Below are positions 17,001-25,989 of a DNA stretch of 64,000 bases, one piece after another. The translations under genes were made by a program, and so were the position numbers. The number at the start of each line of letters is the position of its first letter. Position 1 is the stretch's first letter. The notes below the pieces were generated by a model that had not been told where the DNA came from, did not search any database, and saw nothing but the letters and a program-made list of their open reading frames with translations. The DNA comes from a virus, in the IMG/VR virus record IMGVR_UViG_3300024054_000008, positions 32,001 through 96,000 of that record, one strand, 5' to 3'.

Positions 17001-19845
17001 CACTCTGATCAGTAGTTACTGACTCAATTTTGAAACAAATTGAGTCACCAATCTTTATGAAATCTTCTACGCCATTTGGGTTTACAGTATATTGATGTCT
17101 ATTAAAATACCAGTCCCTTTTTAAACTCGGTATTTTTCCAAGCCTGAAAAATATGTCTCTGGCTAATATTGCTGAATTACGTTTATTAAACGCAAATCCA
17201 TTGTTAGTTTTATTGCAAGCGTCAATCATCCCTTGCAATACAAATTTTTGTTTTGCAATTGGAAGCACAACAATCCATTCTGGCACAGAATTTGACAAAT
17301 TTTTTAAAGCCCAATCCACAAAAATTGGGTTTTTATTTGTGTCTATATACACATTTAAATAATTTGATACAACACAATCACCAAATATCTCAGTAAGAAT
17401 ATTGTTTAAATTATTAGAAGAATTTTCATCAACACATTTTATTTCAAAGTAATTGATACCACCACGTTTAACTATTCGACCAGATGAAAGCCAATAGCCT
17501 ATAACATACAAAAGCTTATCATTCACATTGAGTGAATGCGGAAAATTAATAAATGTACCATTTGATTTAACACAATCAAACCATTCGGCCGGAATCTTAT
17601 CCAAAGGATTCCATACAGTCTTTGATCCTTGACTACCCTTAATAGACTCCTTTACGTATAAAGGAACACCAACTTCTTTAGATAGGCCGGCAATTATACT
17701 TGTTATTGTATGCAACCCAACTTTAAATTCTTTAGCAAATTCTCCACACGATTTTATGGCGGGCCCAGTCAATGATAAAACAAACCCGATTATCTTTGAT
17801 CGAATTTCGTCATTACTAATTTTATTATTTGATTTCTTTCTACGTATAGAATATCCGAAACCAGCTTGTGTGTATTTATCATTATCAATTAATTTTATTG
17901 TGTCTATGTCTATAAACTCAGTTGGCCAAGTAACACGAACATAATCATTAGAATTTAGGCTTTCGGAGTCTACAAATACAAATTCATTGTTCCTGTAAAC
18001 CTCAATCGGATGATTAAAAAACCCAACTGAATCGGGAAGTCCATTTATTTTTATATTAGATATAAATTTTGATTCTCTTGAAAATACAGCCTTAACTCTT
18101 TTGAATCTTCCTTCGTTAGTCAAAAGTCTGTCGTTTACACTTATATTTTTTGCTTGTTTAACACCATTAGATGTTCTTATAAGAGTCGATTTGCTACAAC
18201 ACATACCTTGCAACCAATATTCATGTGTAGCATCATAAAGAGTCTGGAATAGCTTTATTCTAGTACACATTTGTTCAAAAAAATGGAGTATTTGTCGATT
18301 TCGTACCTGGTCTTTTCCTTTTGGCAAGGAAAGACGAATTTTGCTCATTGGTACGTCAGTATTATGAGTCGCTAATCCATAAGCTACATAACTTTTTCTC
18401 TTTCCTTCGCCATCAACTTCAATGTTATACACGGAACCAGTATATTGAATGGCTTCGGCCTTTTCTATTTTCCTTAATGTATTAGAACCAATCCGAACAC
18501 AATATTCACGAGTTGTGTTAGCACTATAGTTACCACGCACAAAATTAGCATATTTTGAGAATTCGGTATAAAAACGATACGGAATTATTATACGATAAGT
18601 TGGTCCGTTTGACTTAAAACCAGTGTTATACTGTTTTGGTTCACTAGAATGAAGTGTTGGGGCAAATCCGACCTTTAAAGCTAAAGCATAAATTTGATGA
18701 GCCAACTGCTTTGACACTGTAGTAGCAACATACCCATTTTTAGTAAGACTTCCATCTCCATTCCAATATGCACCTAAAAACTCAAGTATGTCTTCCCTTG
18801 GTGAGTCAATTATGTCTTGGCTCAATTTCTTATTATGCGATCCACTTCCAACATGTTTAAAACAAAACTCTGCAAAATCATTCTTGTAACATCTAATTTC
18901 ACATGCATTGCAATCCTTCCTAATGTATTTCCGTGAACGATGATTATACTCAACATCAAACATTTCAGTGATTTCATTTGCAATAGTATCGAATTCATTG
19001 ATGTTTAAAGTAAATACAACCCTATCAAGTTTTCCATATTCCGTGCGCGATAATGAACCCTCAGCTGCATAATAACCAAGCAATCGCAGTTGTGCTATAC
19101 TAAAAACAGACTTAGAACTGACCATAGATGGCGAACATATATAATCACCAATCTTTAAATCTTTTGCAAACACAAATTGTGGTTCACCTATACCAAATCC
19201 TGAACATCGGTTCTGTTTACAAACAAATTTTGTACCGCTCTTACAAACTCCAACATTTTGTTTATGAAATTTGCAATCAACTTGTTCAGCACGATAAACC
19301 AAAAACGGATGATTTCCAGTACAATCAATGTTACCCTGAATACCACGAACCTTTAAACGAATTACTTCATCACATATATCATGTTTAAAAGTACGAACAA
19401 CTTTTGTTGATTCACCTAATCCGTTTATTACTTCATCACCCACATTTAATGATTCTATGGGATTGACTGACCCATCTTTCATCATAACTGGGGCGCCAGG
19501 CGGGAAACAATGAAAATCTATGGCGGCACCAACTATTGGGTGCTTTGTGTACCAAAATCTAAATAGCTCCCTTTTTTCACGTTCAGACTGTGGTTGCTCA
19601 AGAAAATCTGTAGAAAGCTGAGGGCTGTAAAACGAAAAATCGGCGCTTTTAATATTGGCATTATTAATATTAGAGAATCCACCAGTATTAGAAAAAGAAG
19701 CAACACGAATTGATTGAGCTGCTTCTCTTCTGGCTTGCTTTTCAAGACGAGTCAATCTGTTCTTAGGCACAGATTGACTATCGACTCTAATAATCTTTTT
19801 TCCACCGTTCGCGTTTGGTTTAACACCAAGTTTCTTGCCAGGCAT
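14098..19845 (-). CDS. Portal protein precursor containing three inteins
   Basis: Exteins join to 596 aa with portal-like segments (FWYTKHPIVGAAIDFH-TDVPMSKIRL, EYWLQGM-CYIF, LRILPPEQI, RGVSLIER-CL, FKLQF-like C-terminus); sits between the terminase and head genes. Confidence 0.8.
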   Translation of the reverse strand: MPGKKLGVKPNANGGKKIIRVDSQSVPKNRLTRLEKQARREAAQSIRVASFSNTGGFSNINNANIKSADFSFYSPQLSTDFLEQPQSEREKRELFRFWYTKHPIVGAAIDFHCFPPGAPVMMKDGSVNPIESLNVGDEVINGLGESTKVVRTFKHDICDEVIRLKVRGIQGNIDCTGNHPFLVYRAEQVDCKFHKQNVGVCKSGTKFVCKQNRCSGFGIGEPQFVFAKDLKIGDYICSPSMVSSKSVFSIAQLRLLGYYAAEGSLSRTEYGKLDRVVFTLNINEFDTIANEITEMFDVEYNHRSRKYIRKDCNACEIRCYKNDFAEFCFKHVGSGSHNKKLSQDIIDSPREDILEFLGAYWNGDGSLTKNGYVATTVSKQLAHQIYALALKVGFAPTLHSSEPKQYNTGFKSNGPTYRIIIPYRFYTEFSKYANFVRGNYSANTTREYCVRIGSNTLRKIEKAEAIQYTGSVYNIEVDGEGKRKSYVAYGLATHNTDVPMSKIRLSLPKGKDQVRNRQILHFFEQMCTRIKLFQTLYDATHEYWLQGMCCSKSTLIRTSNGVKQAKNISVNDRLLTNEGRFKRVKAVFSRESKFISNIKINGLPDSVGFFNHPIEVYRNNEFVFVDSESLNSNDYVRVTWPTEFIDIDTIKLIDNDKYTQAGFGYSIRRKKSNNKISNDEIRSKIIGFVLSLTGPAIKSCGEFAKEFKVGLHTITSIIAGLSKEVGVPLYVKESIKGSQGSKTVWNPLDKIPAEWFDCVKSNGTFINFPHSLNVNDKLLYVIGYWLSSGRIVKRGGINYFEIKCVDENSSNNLNNILTEIFGDCVVSNYLNVYIDTNKNPIFVDWALKNLSNSVPEWIVVLPIAKQKFVLQGMIDACNKTNNGFAFNKRNSAILARDIFFRLGKIPSLKRDWYFNRHQYTVNPNGVEDFIKIGDSICFKIESVTTDQSDIVYNFEVEDDHTYQAGFISTHNCYIFAEDHDIEIPDELLLNEVEEEIGEIDEQGILQTRKEKTYVEKSAEEQIATIKEYVIKNYQGWQRLRILPPEQIRLEVFQYTDKVKIDLIPSDKDRLVVMKAMQDGDEDAVRIAEDIPEQIRENLESGKPIPLNTSPYDDYLCSSFVYHLAHKKSAYDDRGVSLIERCHLPGTEVTARRNGQILQVPIEKLNPETDEVLGGSGHWRKFQCGQRSYDGKITGLNVHKLPSTIWSTSDHKLQILRQDELIDTEAIDVMPGDYLKVVSVKSEKLLNKFDLFTFFQEEEWVFRCRRSQIDLPLFINVEESGDDTLVLHYLFNDKNPQRISRKERLYEICDWIKNLEAPIEITSSAFISKFDLSDDSVYKSIISDLESLGYAIPCIKSDLKYKPIARLFRPAHVDPSILYEIRVNKICPRWLDLNGDLGYLVGYYLGDGWTETSKPSATKYGPSGICWQQDSENSQKSAEHIFNIAENLGLNISCHNYELGWMHFHDDWFSRWIGRSFGHNKNDKCLPEWINETPESFKFGILRGLIDSDGSVSKGKYNSNTINISVTTKNLVQQLFIMCTGLGLSPSYKIRTKTKPVRQANGTYCKNPKPLHTLNFSIRNDVASIKSSGFTPKLSKFNVDPPCVISLDIKSKNWCGNTYYKVKEVLSDRFSGDVFSLNVEVDHTFFAGFSLTKNCLHDLIFSDKLRQAQTSIASRAMTPKRVVWADKMSTIDTDDLRDQVDQALIDPDFSIVTNFEVHWDEIGSRDRLLDLSSEYEITNKRLFIGLRVTEPMLTGESTYAGERIHLDVMNTMYLLYRESLAEYVEQYLFAPVAHKKGFYETDEFGNRILLFPKLQFTRLALRDNTELQDFMFNLYQKGSLPIDYILELINIDTDDVHARLKSDMFTPKDAVFNEVIRKILEEAATSIVEKTDVVDRLIKNMGLTKTGKDGGDRFGE
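14887..16425 (-). mobile_element. Portal intein 3 (513 aa, LAGLIDADG)
   Basis: IER|CHLPGTEV ... STSDHKL ... LVGYYLGDG, LRGLIDSDG ... VDHTFFAGFSLTKN|C. Confidence 0.92.
16933..18201 (-). mobile_element. Portal intein 2 (423 aa, degenerate LAGLIDADG)
   Basis: QGM|CCSKSTLI ... FFNHPI ... VIGYWLSSG, VLQGMIDAC (catalytic acids degenerate) ... DDHTYQAGFISTHN|C. Confidence 0.9.
18361..19509 (-). mobile_element. Portal intein 1 (383 aa, LAGLIDADG)
   Basis: DFH|CFPPGAPV ... CTGNHPF ... LLGYYAAEG, FLGAYWNGDG ... YVAYGLATHN|T. Confidence 0.93.
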
Positions 19846-19877
19846 GATTCAACCCAAGTTCAAACTTACCACTCAAT

Positions 19878-20210
19878 TTAAGATTGATTATTGAAATTTT
19901 CTACTATGCGATCTCTGTCTGAAATAAATCTACGCACATGCTTAAATGCAGTGATAAATTTACTTCTGGAAACTAAAATAATTTTAGCTAATTCATTAAG
20001 CCTGGAATGTCTAAATGCCAATATTATTTCTGGATCACGGGAAATTTTTATAGCTGACAAAATTTTTGTTACATCGTTAGAAATGTCATTCAAAGAATCA
20101 TTCAATTTAGCAAATTTAGTATCCAATTTATCTATTGAGTCTAAAATTTGAAAAACCGAATCAGATTTTTCATGTTTCCTTAATTCGTTCTTCCTTAATT
20201 CATGATTCAT
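19878..20210 (-). CDS. Hypothetical coiled-coil protein
   Basis: 110 aa, heptad-like; start overlaps the stop of the upstream gene at 20210. Confidence 0.6.
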   Translation of the reverse strand: MNHELRKNELRKHEKSDSVFQILDSIDKLDTKFAKLNDSLNDISNDVTKILSAIKISRDPEIILAFRHSRLNELAKIILVSRSKFITAFKHVRRFISDRDRIVENFNNQS

Positions 20211-20449
20211 TATACAACAATACTATTATTATTTATAGAAGCTTCTATGCATGTCTCAAGAATAGAAACATGACTCATGTCACCGTCTAAAAGCAACTCC
20301 CAAGAGCCGCCATTGTGGTAAAAATTTGAGCATATGTTTAGAAATTCATTTTCATCTAACTCTTGGTCAGCACCCCATGAATGATTTATTAATTGACGAA
20401 CAATGCGCCAAGCTGACGTATCTTTTACACCAAGTTGACTAGATTTCAC
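20210..20449 (-). CDS. Hypothetical protein
   Basis: 79 aa ORF in the operon between terL and the portal; GTG start. Confidence 0.55.
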   Translation of the reverse strand: MKSSQLGVKDTSAWRIVRQLINHSWGADQELDENEFLNICSNFYHNGGSWELLLDGDMSHVSILETCIEASINNNSIVV

Positions 20450-20480
20450 ATTTAAATATTACTACTAACAATTCAATGAT

Positions 20481-22415
20481 TCAACGTCTCCTATTTTGGA
20501 TAGGAACGATTCTATTTTTGTCTGGCAACCCGTGCATTCTAGTTCTAATTCTTTGATAGTGTTTATAACTTCTGATCGGTGAAACATTCTGACCGCCTTG
20601 AGACGCAATATAATTTTCGTCAGTTAAAACATCTGGATGATCCTTTACAAATTCAGCCGCCAACAAAATGCTTCTAGCTAACGCATCAGACATATCATCG
20701 TGCTTACCTGAAACATCAGGTGCTGCTACTGTCATTATATTTTTTTCTGATGCGGTTGATTGTAGTTCTAATAATTCTTGTATCAGTGGCGAATGACGAA
20801 TCATACCACTATCATCTAATAATATCTCAGGTACTGGATAATCATATAGTCTAAGTTGTTGACTATACATAAACATCTTGAATGTTTGATACATTTGAGA
20901 CGATCCAACTTTAAAAAAATTTCTCATTTCAAATTGTGTTAAACCGCGTTTGTGTAATTCATTTTCGAAAACTATTCCGACCCATTGGTCAAACAATCCT
21001 TTTTGTATATAAAATCTTTTCGATAATGCTAATATCCAGTCCGATATTTGTTCTAGATCCAATCTTTTAATATCGTGTAAAATCTTCGCGTATGGAACTA
21101 TTGGTTCTGACAAATGGGGGTTGACTTCTTCCCATCTTTTTCCGGCATACCAAACTTCATGATATGCAAGTTCAATTTTACCTTTATTTATATGAGTTAA
21201 AGCAACTGCGGAACCGTCTTCTACGAGACCAAGATCGAACCCAAAAAAATACGGTTTTCTTGGAGAACCGCGAAATGCTGGTTTTAAATCAACATCAACA
21301 CAATTTGTCAAATCTGTTGCATTCTCTATCCAACCACGAACACGATCAGAGAATTGAGCACCAAACTCAGTCCAAAATTTATTTGGATCTTTATGATATT
21401 CTGTTTCGTAGTATTCAGTAGATATAGTTGGGTTTATTTCCCACGTTGGAGCTTGTAGCATAAGCATATTTTTTGAAGCCGCAGAATTTTCAAGCGACAT
21501 TTGATATAACTTAAAAAAGAATCCAGATTTAGCATTTGGGGACGAAATTGATATAACGCGACCATCTGATGGTCCGATTGGCACATGTTTATTGTTAATA
21601 TCTTTAGGAGAAAAAGCAGCAGTGCTTGGTGTTATAGCATTGTAAACTTTATCGGCTGACGTGCCACCCTCTTCCACGAAGTGTGCTAATTCGTCCAAAA
21701 TCAGAAGTATTGTACCACGACCACGAAGCCCTTTAGCAACAGAACTTTTGAAGGTTGCTTTAATGGTTGCTTTGCCACGACCGAAAACTACTCTATCATT
21801 TTCAGTTTGGAACCTCATATATGTTTGTGTATTGTTAAAAAGTGATTTTTTGAAAAAATCAACTCTTTCAACATGACCTTTCATATCATTGAAAACAATT
21901 GACGCTTGATCTTTATCATTTGCTATGCAAAACAACTGAATTTCTGAATTTGGTGGTATACCATAAAAACCTTGCGGGTTTCCTCTTGCTATCAATTTAT
22001 ACAGTTCATACGCAGCAAACAAAGCAACTAAAGTACTCTTTGAACCTCTTCGACCAATAACTAATATTAATTCACGTCTGTCTTTTCCGTCTTGTTCTTT
22101 TATGTTGCAACGGCCTTGATCATACAAGTACTTTAAATATTCAGTCTCAGTGAAAGAGTATAAGACTTTAGTATTAAATTTATCAGTTACATTTATGGTT
22201 TTTTCTTTATAATCTAATGGAATGTTATAATATAACTTAACTATGAATTTTTGTGCTGGATATAAACCATATGGCAATAATTGAAATCTGTCAATAAAAT
22301 CTAATACTGATAAAAACTCAGATTTATCTGTATCATAGTCAACACGTTTATCATCTAAAAATTTATTAACCGCACCAAGCAGTTGACTCTGAAAAGTCCG
22401 TTCTACACTAGGCAT
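20481..22415 (-). CDS. terL: Terminase large subunit
   Basis: Walker A GRRGSKS, Walker B LLILDE, coupling motif ISSP, RNase H-like FGFDLG...D and HDDMSDALA. Confidence 0.92.
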   Translation of the reverse strand: MPSVERTFQSQLLGAVNKFLDDKRVDYDTDKSEFLSVLDFIDRFQLLPYGLYPAQKFIVKLYYNIPLDYKEKTINVTDKFNTKVLYSFTETEYLKYLYDQGRCNIKEQDGKDRRELILVIGRRGSKSTLVALFAAYELYKLIARGNPQGFYGIPPNSEIQLFCIANDKDQASIVFNDMKGHVERVDFFKKSLFNNTQTYMRFQTENDRVVFGRGKATIKATFKSSVAKGLRGRGTILLILDELAHFVEEGGTSADKVYNAITPSTAAFSPKDINNKHVPIGPSDGRVISISSPNAKSGFFFKLYQMSLENSAASKNMLMLQAPTWEINPTISTEYYETEYHKDPNKFWTEFGAQFSDRVRGWIENATDLTNCVDVDLKPAFRGSPRKPYFFGFDLGLVEDGSAVALTHINKGKIELAYHEVWYAGKRWEEVNPHLSEPIVPYAKILHDIKRLDLEQISDWILALSKRFYIQKGLFDQWVGIVFENELHKRGLTQFEMRNFFKVGSSQMYQTFKMFMYSQQLRLYDYPVPEILLDDSGMIRHSPLIQELLELQSTASEKNIMTVAAPDVSGKHDDMSDALARSILLAAEFVKDHPDVLTDENYIASQGGQNVSPIRSYKHYQRIRTRMHGLPDKNRIVPIQNRRR

Positions 22416-23001
22416 CGAAAGCCTTTAATTCTTCAATCATTTTCTGTTCCCACTCAGGAAGGTCAGATTGAATTTGACCAAATACAATATCGATGTCAGC
22501 TTTACTTATTTTTGATTTTTCCATACAATTATAGAAAAATTCCATCCAAATTTGAAACAATTTCTGCACTTTAGGCGATTTAAAATCAAGCGATTCATCA
22601 ACGAAAGTTTGTCTTTTCTTAATCAAAACTTCAGATAACGATTTTAAACTAGCGATTCTTGCTATTGTGTAATTTGATGGATTTTTACCATCTTTTATCG
22701 CCTGGCGCCGTTCCCATTTTAAATGAGCTATTTCTTCAGTTATCTCTTTAATTACTAAATCTAAAAAATTAGATGACCCGACCTTTTCATTAATTGCTTT
22801 TACTAAAGATTGTTTATTTACAAAAATTTCTCTTTCACGTAAACTTTGATCGATTTCGTCTGGATCAATTATTTCAGGAGTTGGAACTTGACCACTCTGA
22901 CCAATTACATAGTCAGCACCAATATCAGACGGATCAACTATCTGACCATCTAAAACAATTTGAACGCCATTCTGTTTTTTAGAATGGGCCATTATTAACA
23001 A
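22408..23001 (-). CDS. Candidate terminase small subunit
   Basis: 197 aa helical protein overlapping the terL start; assignment rests on synteny only. Confidence 0.45.
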   Translation of the reverse strand: MLIMAHSKKQNGVQIVLDGQIVDPSDIGADYVIGQSGQVPTPEIIDPDEIDQSLREREIFVNKQSLVKAINEKVGSSNFLDLVIKEITEEIAHLKWERRQAIKDGKNPSNYTIARIASLKSLSEVLIKKRQTFVDESLDFKSPKVQKLFQIWMEFFYNCMEKSKISKADIDIVFGQIQSDLPEWEQKMIEELKAFDA

Positions 23002-23003
23002 TA

Positions 23004-24908
23004 CTAATCTGTCAACACAAATGGTTCTATGTTAATGTCAATGTTATTACTTTTAACTGATTCGACATCAAATGACAATTCAGAAGCCAATTCATACTTT
23101 TCAATCGGATTTTCAACAGTTTCTTTTGTTATAGGAACGTTCTTTTTCTTGAATGCAACACGCGCTTCATCTGGTATGCTTCTAAGTAAATCTTTTGCGT
23201 ATTTTGAACATTTTCCAGGAACAAGTTGATAAGTGCACCCAGTGCACTTATCACCAGCAACCAAATACGGGACATTGTTCTTCTTGAACATAGAAGAACC
23301 TCTTGAACAACCTTGGCCATAATCTGGATAGACGGATGGATCTATAAAATAATAGCCCTGCACACCATCATTATTTGATGCATATAAACCAATTTCTGGT
23401 GCTCTAACCAGATCTGATTTAGTATACATATTGGTTATGGCAGCAACAAGCCTTGAACCTTTTAGACCAACATTTAAAAAATGAGAGATTGCAATTCTGA
23501 TATCATTCAAATTAACCTTTGACTCATTTGAGTCAAAGGTTTGTCTACCATGGAAGAAAGAACTAGAACCGCTGGCATATTTATTAACGCCACTAGCCGG
23601 TTCAAAAACATTAAGTTGAGACGTTAAACGTCTCCAATCCATATTATCAGTAACATTTGATGTTATCACACGAGCTTGATCAAATGTTATGCGATTTTGT
23701 TGTAAAGCCCTTTCAATTGCGCACGCAAATGAACTCCTTTCTATCTTCTTTGTATTCTTTGTTATCTTATGTGATTTACACAATATTGAACATGCACCGT
23801 CATTGAGATTTTTACAAACTTCACAAGATGAATTTCTTTTAACTATATAATCTGGGGATAAATTTCTTTCTTTAATAAATGAAAGAGTTTTTCTACATCC
23901 GCCTAAAGCATCCATATCAAGATAAGAATAACCAAGCAAGCCATATTCATTAGAAAGAGTGCGAAGTTCTGAGTCGGTTGAACTTAATAAAACATTCCTG
24001 TCATCAAACCCCGCCATCATACGGCGAGCATATGCCATATACGCTGGACCAGGCAATTTGACAGAGGCTTGTGATTGTCTATTTAAAAAATTGTTTACAT
24101 CAGTTTCTGTTGGATTATACTTAACTGGTTTATCTTGTTGTCTTACAGTTTGGACTACATCAGATCTAAACCTGATAACAGGGGACAAAAAAGAAGCCCG
24201 TAAGCGTTCTTTAACATCACCAACACTGCTGTATTTGCGACCACTCTCATCAAAATATTTAGAATAATGACCAAACAAACGTTCATCATATGGAACTGAA
24301 CTAACCAACCGTTTTTTAAACGAAGAACAAACGCCAGAATTATTACAAACACAATCAGAACATTCTTGTCTTGCTACAACAAAAACTGCATGTTTACAAT
24401 AATCATTTGCTACTTTTATATTATCGCCACCTTGTGCACAACGCGGAAAATGAGAAGAATTTATATAAACATTTCCAAGTAAACCACGTTCATCTATAAC
24501 TTCTTTAATAACTGGCAAATGTTTCCTTAATTCTGGTTCACCAAATTCCAAAGTTAGACGATTTTTAGTATCTTCAAGACCAAAACCTGACATAACATAT
24601 GAAGCAACACGATTTCTTATGGATGTTTCTGAATCAATAACACCAAGTGGGGCAGATGTTGATTTGCTATTTACTACAGTATGAGGACGAAGTGGTATTA
24701 TAGACGGAACTGGTTCATTCGGTTCTTTTCTTAAAGCATGTTGAAGTTCTGGTATAATATCAAGATTTTGTTTTGGTAACGCCTCATATTCTCTATATAC
24801 TTGTTCATCAACTGCTAACCACGATAAATCAGCAACACCTTGGTTGTGTAGGATGTCTCTGATATCATCCATACCTCTGTCAGCATCAATATCACGTTTA
24901 ATAGTCAT
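23004..24908 (-). CDS. Cys-rich protein with three internal repeats
   Basis: 634 aa; GxxGxxY[IL][DN] followed by CxxC-x4-6-GxCS occurs three times. Confidence 0.7.
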   Translation of the reverse strand: MTIKRDIDADRGMDDIRDILHNQGVADLSWLAVDEQVYREYEALPKQNLDIIPELQHALRKEPNEPVPSIIPLRPHTVVNSKSTSAPLGVIDSETSIRNRVASYVMSGFGLEDTKNRLTLEFGEPELRKHLPVIKEVIDERGLLGNVYINSSHFPRCAQGGDNIKVANDYCKHAVFVVARQECSDCVCNNSGVCSSFKKRLVSSVPYDERLFGHYSKYFDESGRKYSSVGDVKERLRASFLSPVIRFRSDVVQTVRQQDKPVKYNPTETDVNNFLNRQSQASVKLPGPAYMAYARRMMAGFDDRNVLLSSTDSELRTLSNEYGLLGYSYLDMDALGGCRKTLSFIKERNLSPDYIVKRNSSCEVCKNLNDGACSILCKSHKITKNTKKIERSSFACAIERALQQNRITFDQARVITSNVTDNMDWRRLTSQLNVFEPASGVNKYASGSSSFFHGRQTFDSNESKVNLNDIRIAISHFLNVGLKGSRLVAAITNMYTKSDLVRAPEIGLYASNNDGVQGYYFIDPSVYPDYGQGCSRGSSMFKKNNVPYLVAGDKCTGCTYQLVPGKCSKYAKDLLRSIPDEARVAFKKKNVPITKETVENPIEKYELASELSFDVESVKSNNIDINIEPFVLTD

Positions 24909-24912
24909 TAAA

Positions 24913-25989
24913 TCACGCCCTTGCCATCAGTTTGGCAACATCTGATATGCATTTCAGTAAAACATCAGACGCAGTCTTGTTTTTAGTGTTTGATATCTGC
25001 AGAGATATCAATTGTCGATGAATATCAGTCAATGAAGATTTATGTGTGGAAGCAGTCTTGGCAACTGGGAATGTGTCCATTGAATCATTCACATAAATTT
25101 GATGCCTAAGTTTCAGACATCGTATTATATCACTAGCTAAATATTGTCTAAAACCATTACCAGTTTCCTGTAAATACGAAAGAATATTTCTCCGTGTTAT
25201 ATTTTTCTTTCCGTATTTCTTAATAAAATCAGATGCAAGTTGGCCAGCAATATCAGTATTGTTGGCTGTTCTAGTATTTCTATCGTAGTTCATGGCCAAC
25301 AACTTTCCTCCAGAATCATCGTCTTGATTTGATTTTGGATAGTTAACATTCTCTGCATATTCCATTGATGGAAACCCATAAGAATCCTGTAAATCTTCTA
25401 TTTCATAACCAGACCAAAAATTACCAAGTGAACTTAAAAAGTTATCCAATGTAACATCATTCTTTCTTGGTATGGGCAAAGACTCAAGACTAGAATAAGA
25501 CCCCGAATCTTCATCTGCCCAATAATCACTTTCAGAGATATAATCTTTCAGACCAAGTACTAATCTGTCGTAATAATCAGATCTAGAAGATGGGTTTTGA
25601 TCATCTGACGGTAATTCTGAATGACGCTGTATGGTCGGTCCAGCCAAATTTCCTTCAAAATCTGAATACTCTGGCAATTTTGGCGTTGTAGGACCGGTCG
25701 GATTATTTCTCCAACCTCTCCAATGCCCCTTCTCGTTAGGTGGTAAATCATAATCACCTGGCAACATAGATGGTGACGAAACCTTAGGAGTTTGTGGGTA
25801 ACTTAAAAATTCAGGATTGCTTAATGGATTATCTGATGGACCACCATCCGGAAGGCTTTTCTTAGGTGCATCAAACTCTTCGTCATCTTCACCTTTTTTA
25901 GATGCGTCACTTACTGAATCGTATGGTCCTATACCAAAATCTTTAAGTTTCCTAAACGGGGAGATTGGAGATGGCAAATTAGATGGCAC
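24913..25989 (-). CDS. Acidic Pro-rich hypothetical protein (probable virion-associated)
   Basis: ORF track gives a TTG at 26058; the GTG at 25989 with an AAGGA SD and coupling to the upstream stop is more plausible. KTAS and RTAN motifs. Confidence 0.65.
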   Translation of the reverse strand: MPSNLPSPISPFRKLKDFGIGPYDSVSDASKKGEDDEEFDAPKKSLPDGGPSDNPLSNPEFLSYPQTPKVSSPSMLPGDYDLPPNEKGHWRGWRNNPTGPTTPKLPEYSDFEGNLAGPTIQRHSELPSDDQNPSSRSDYYDRLVLGLKDYISESDYWADEDSGSYSSLESLPIPRKNDVTLDNFLSSLGNFWSGYEIEDLQDSYGFPSMEYAENVNYPKSNQDDDSGGKLLAMNYDRNTRTANNTDIAGQLASDFIKKYGKKNITRRNILSYLQETGNGFRQYLASDIIRCLKLRHQIYVNDSMDTFPVAKTASTHKSSLTDIHRQLISLQISNTKNKTASDVLLKCISDVAKLMARA

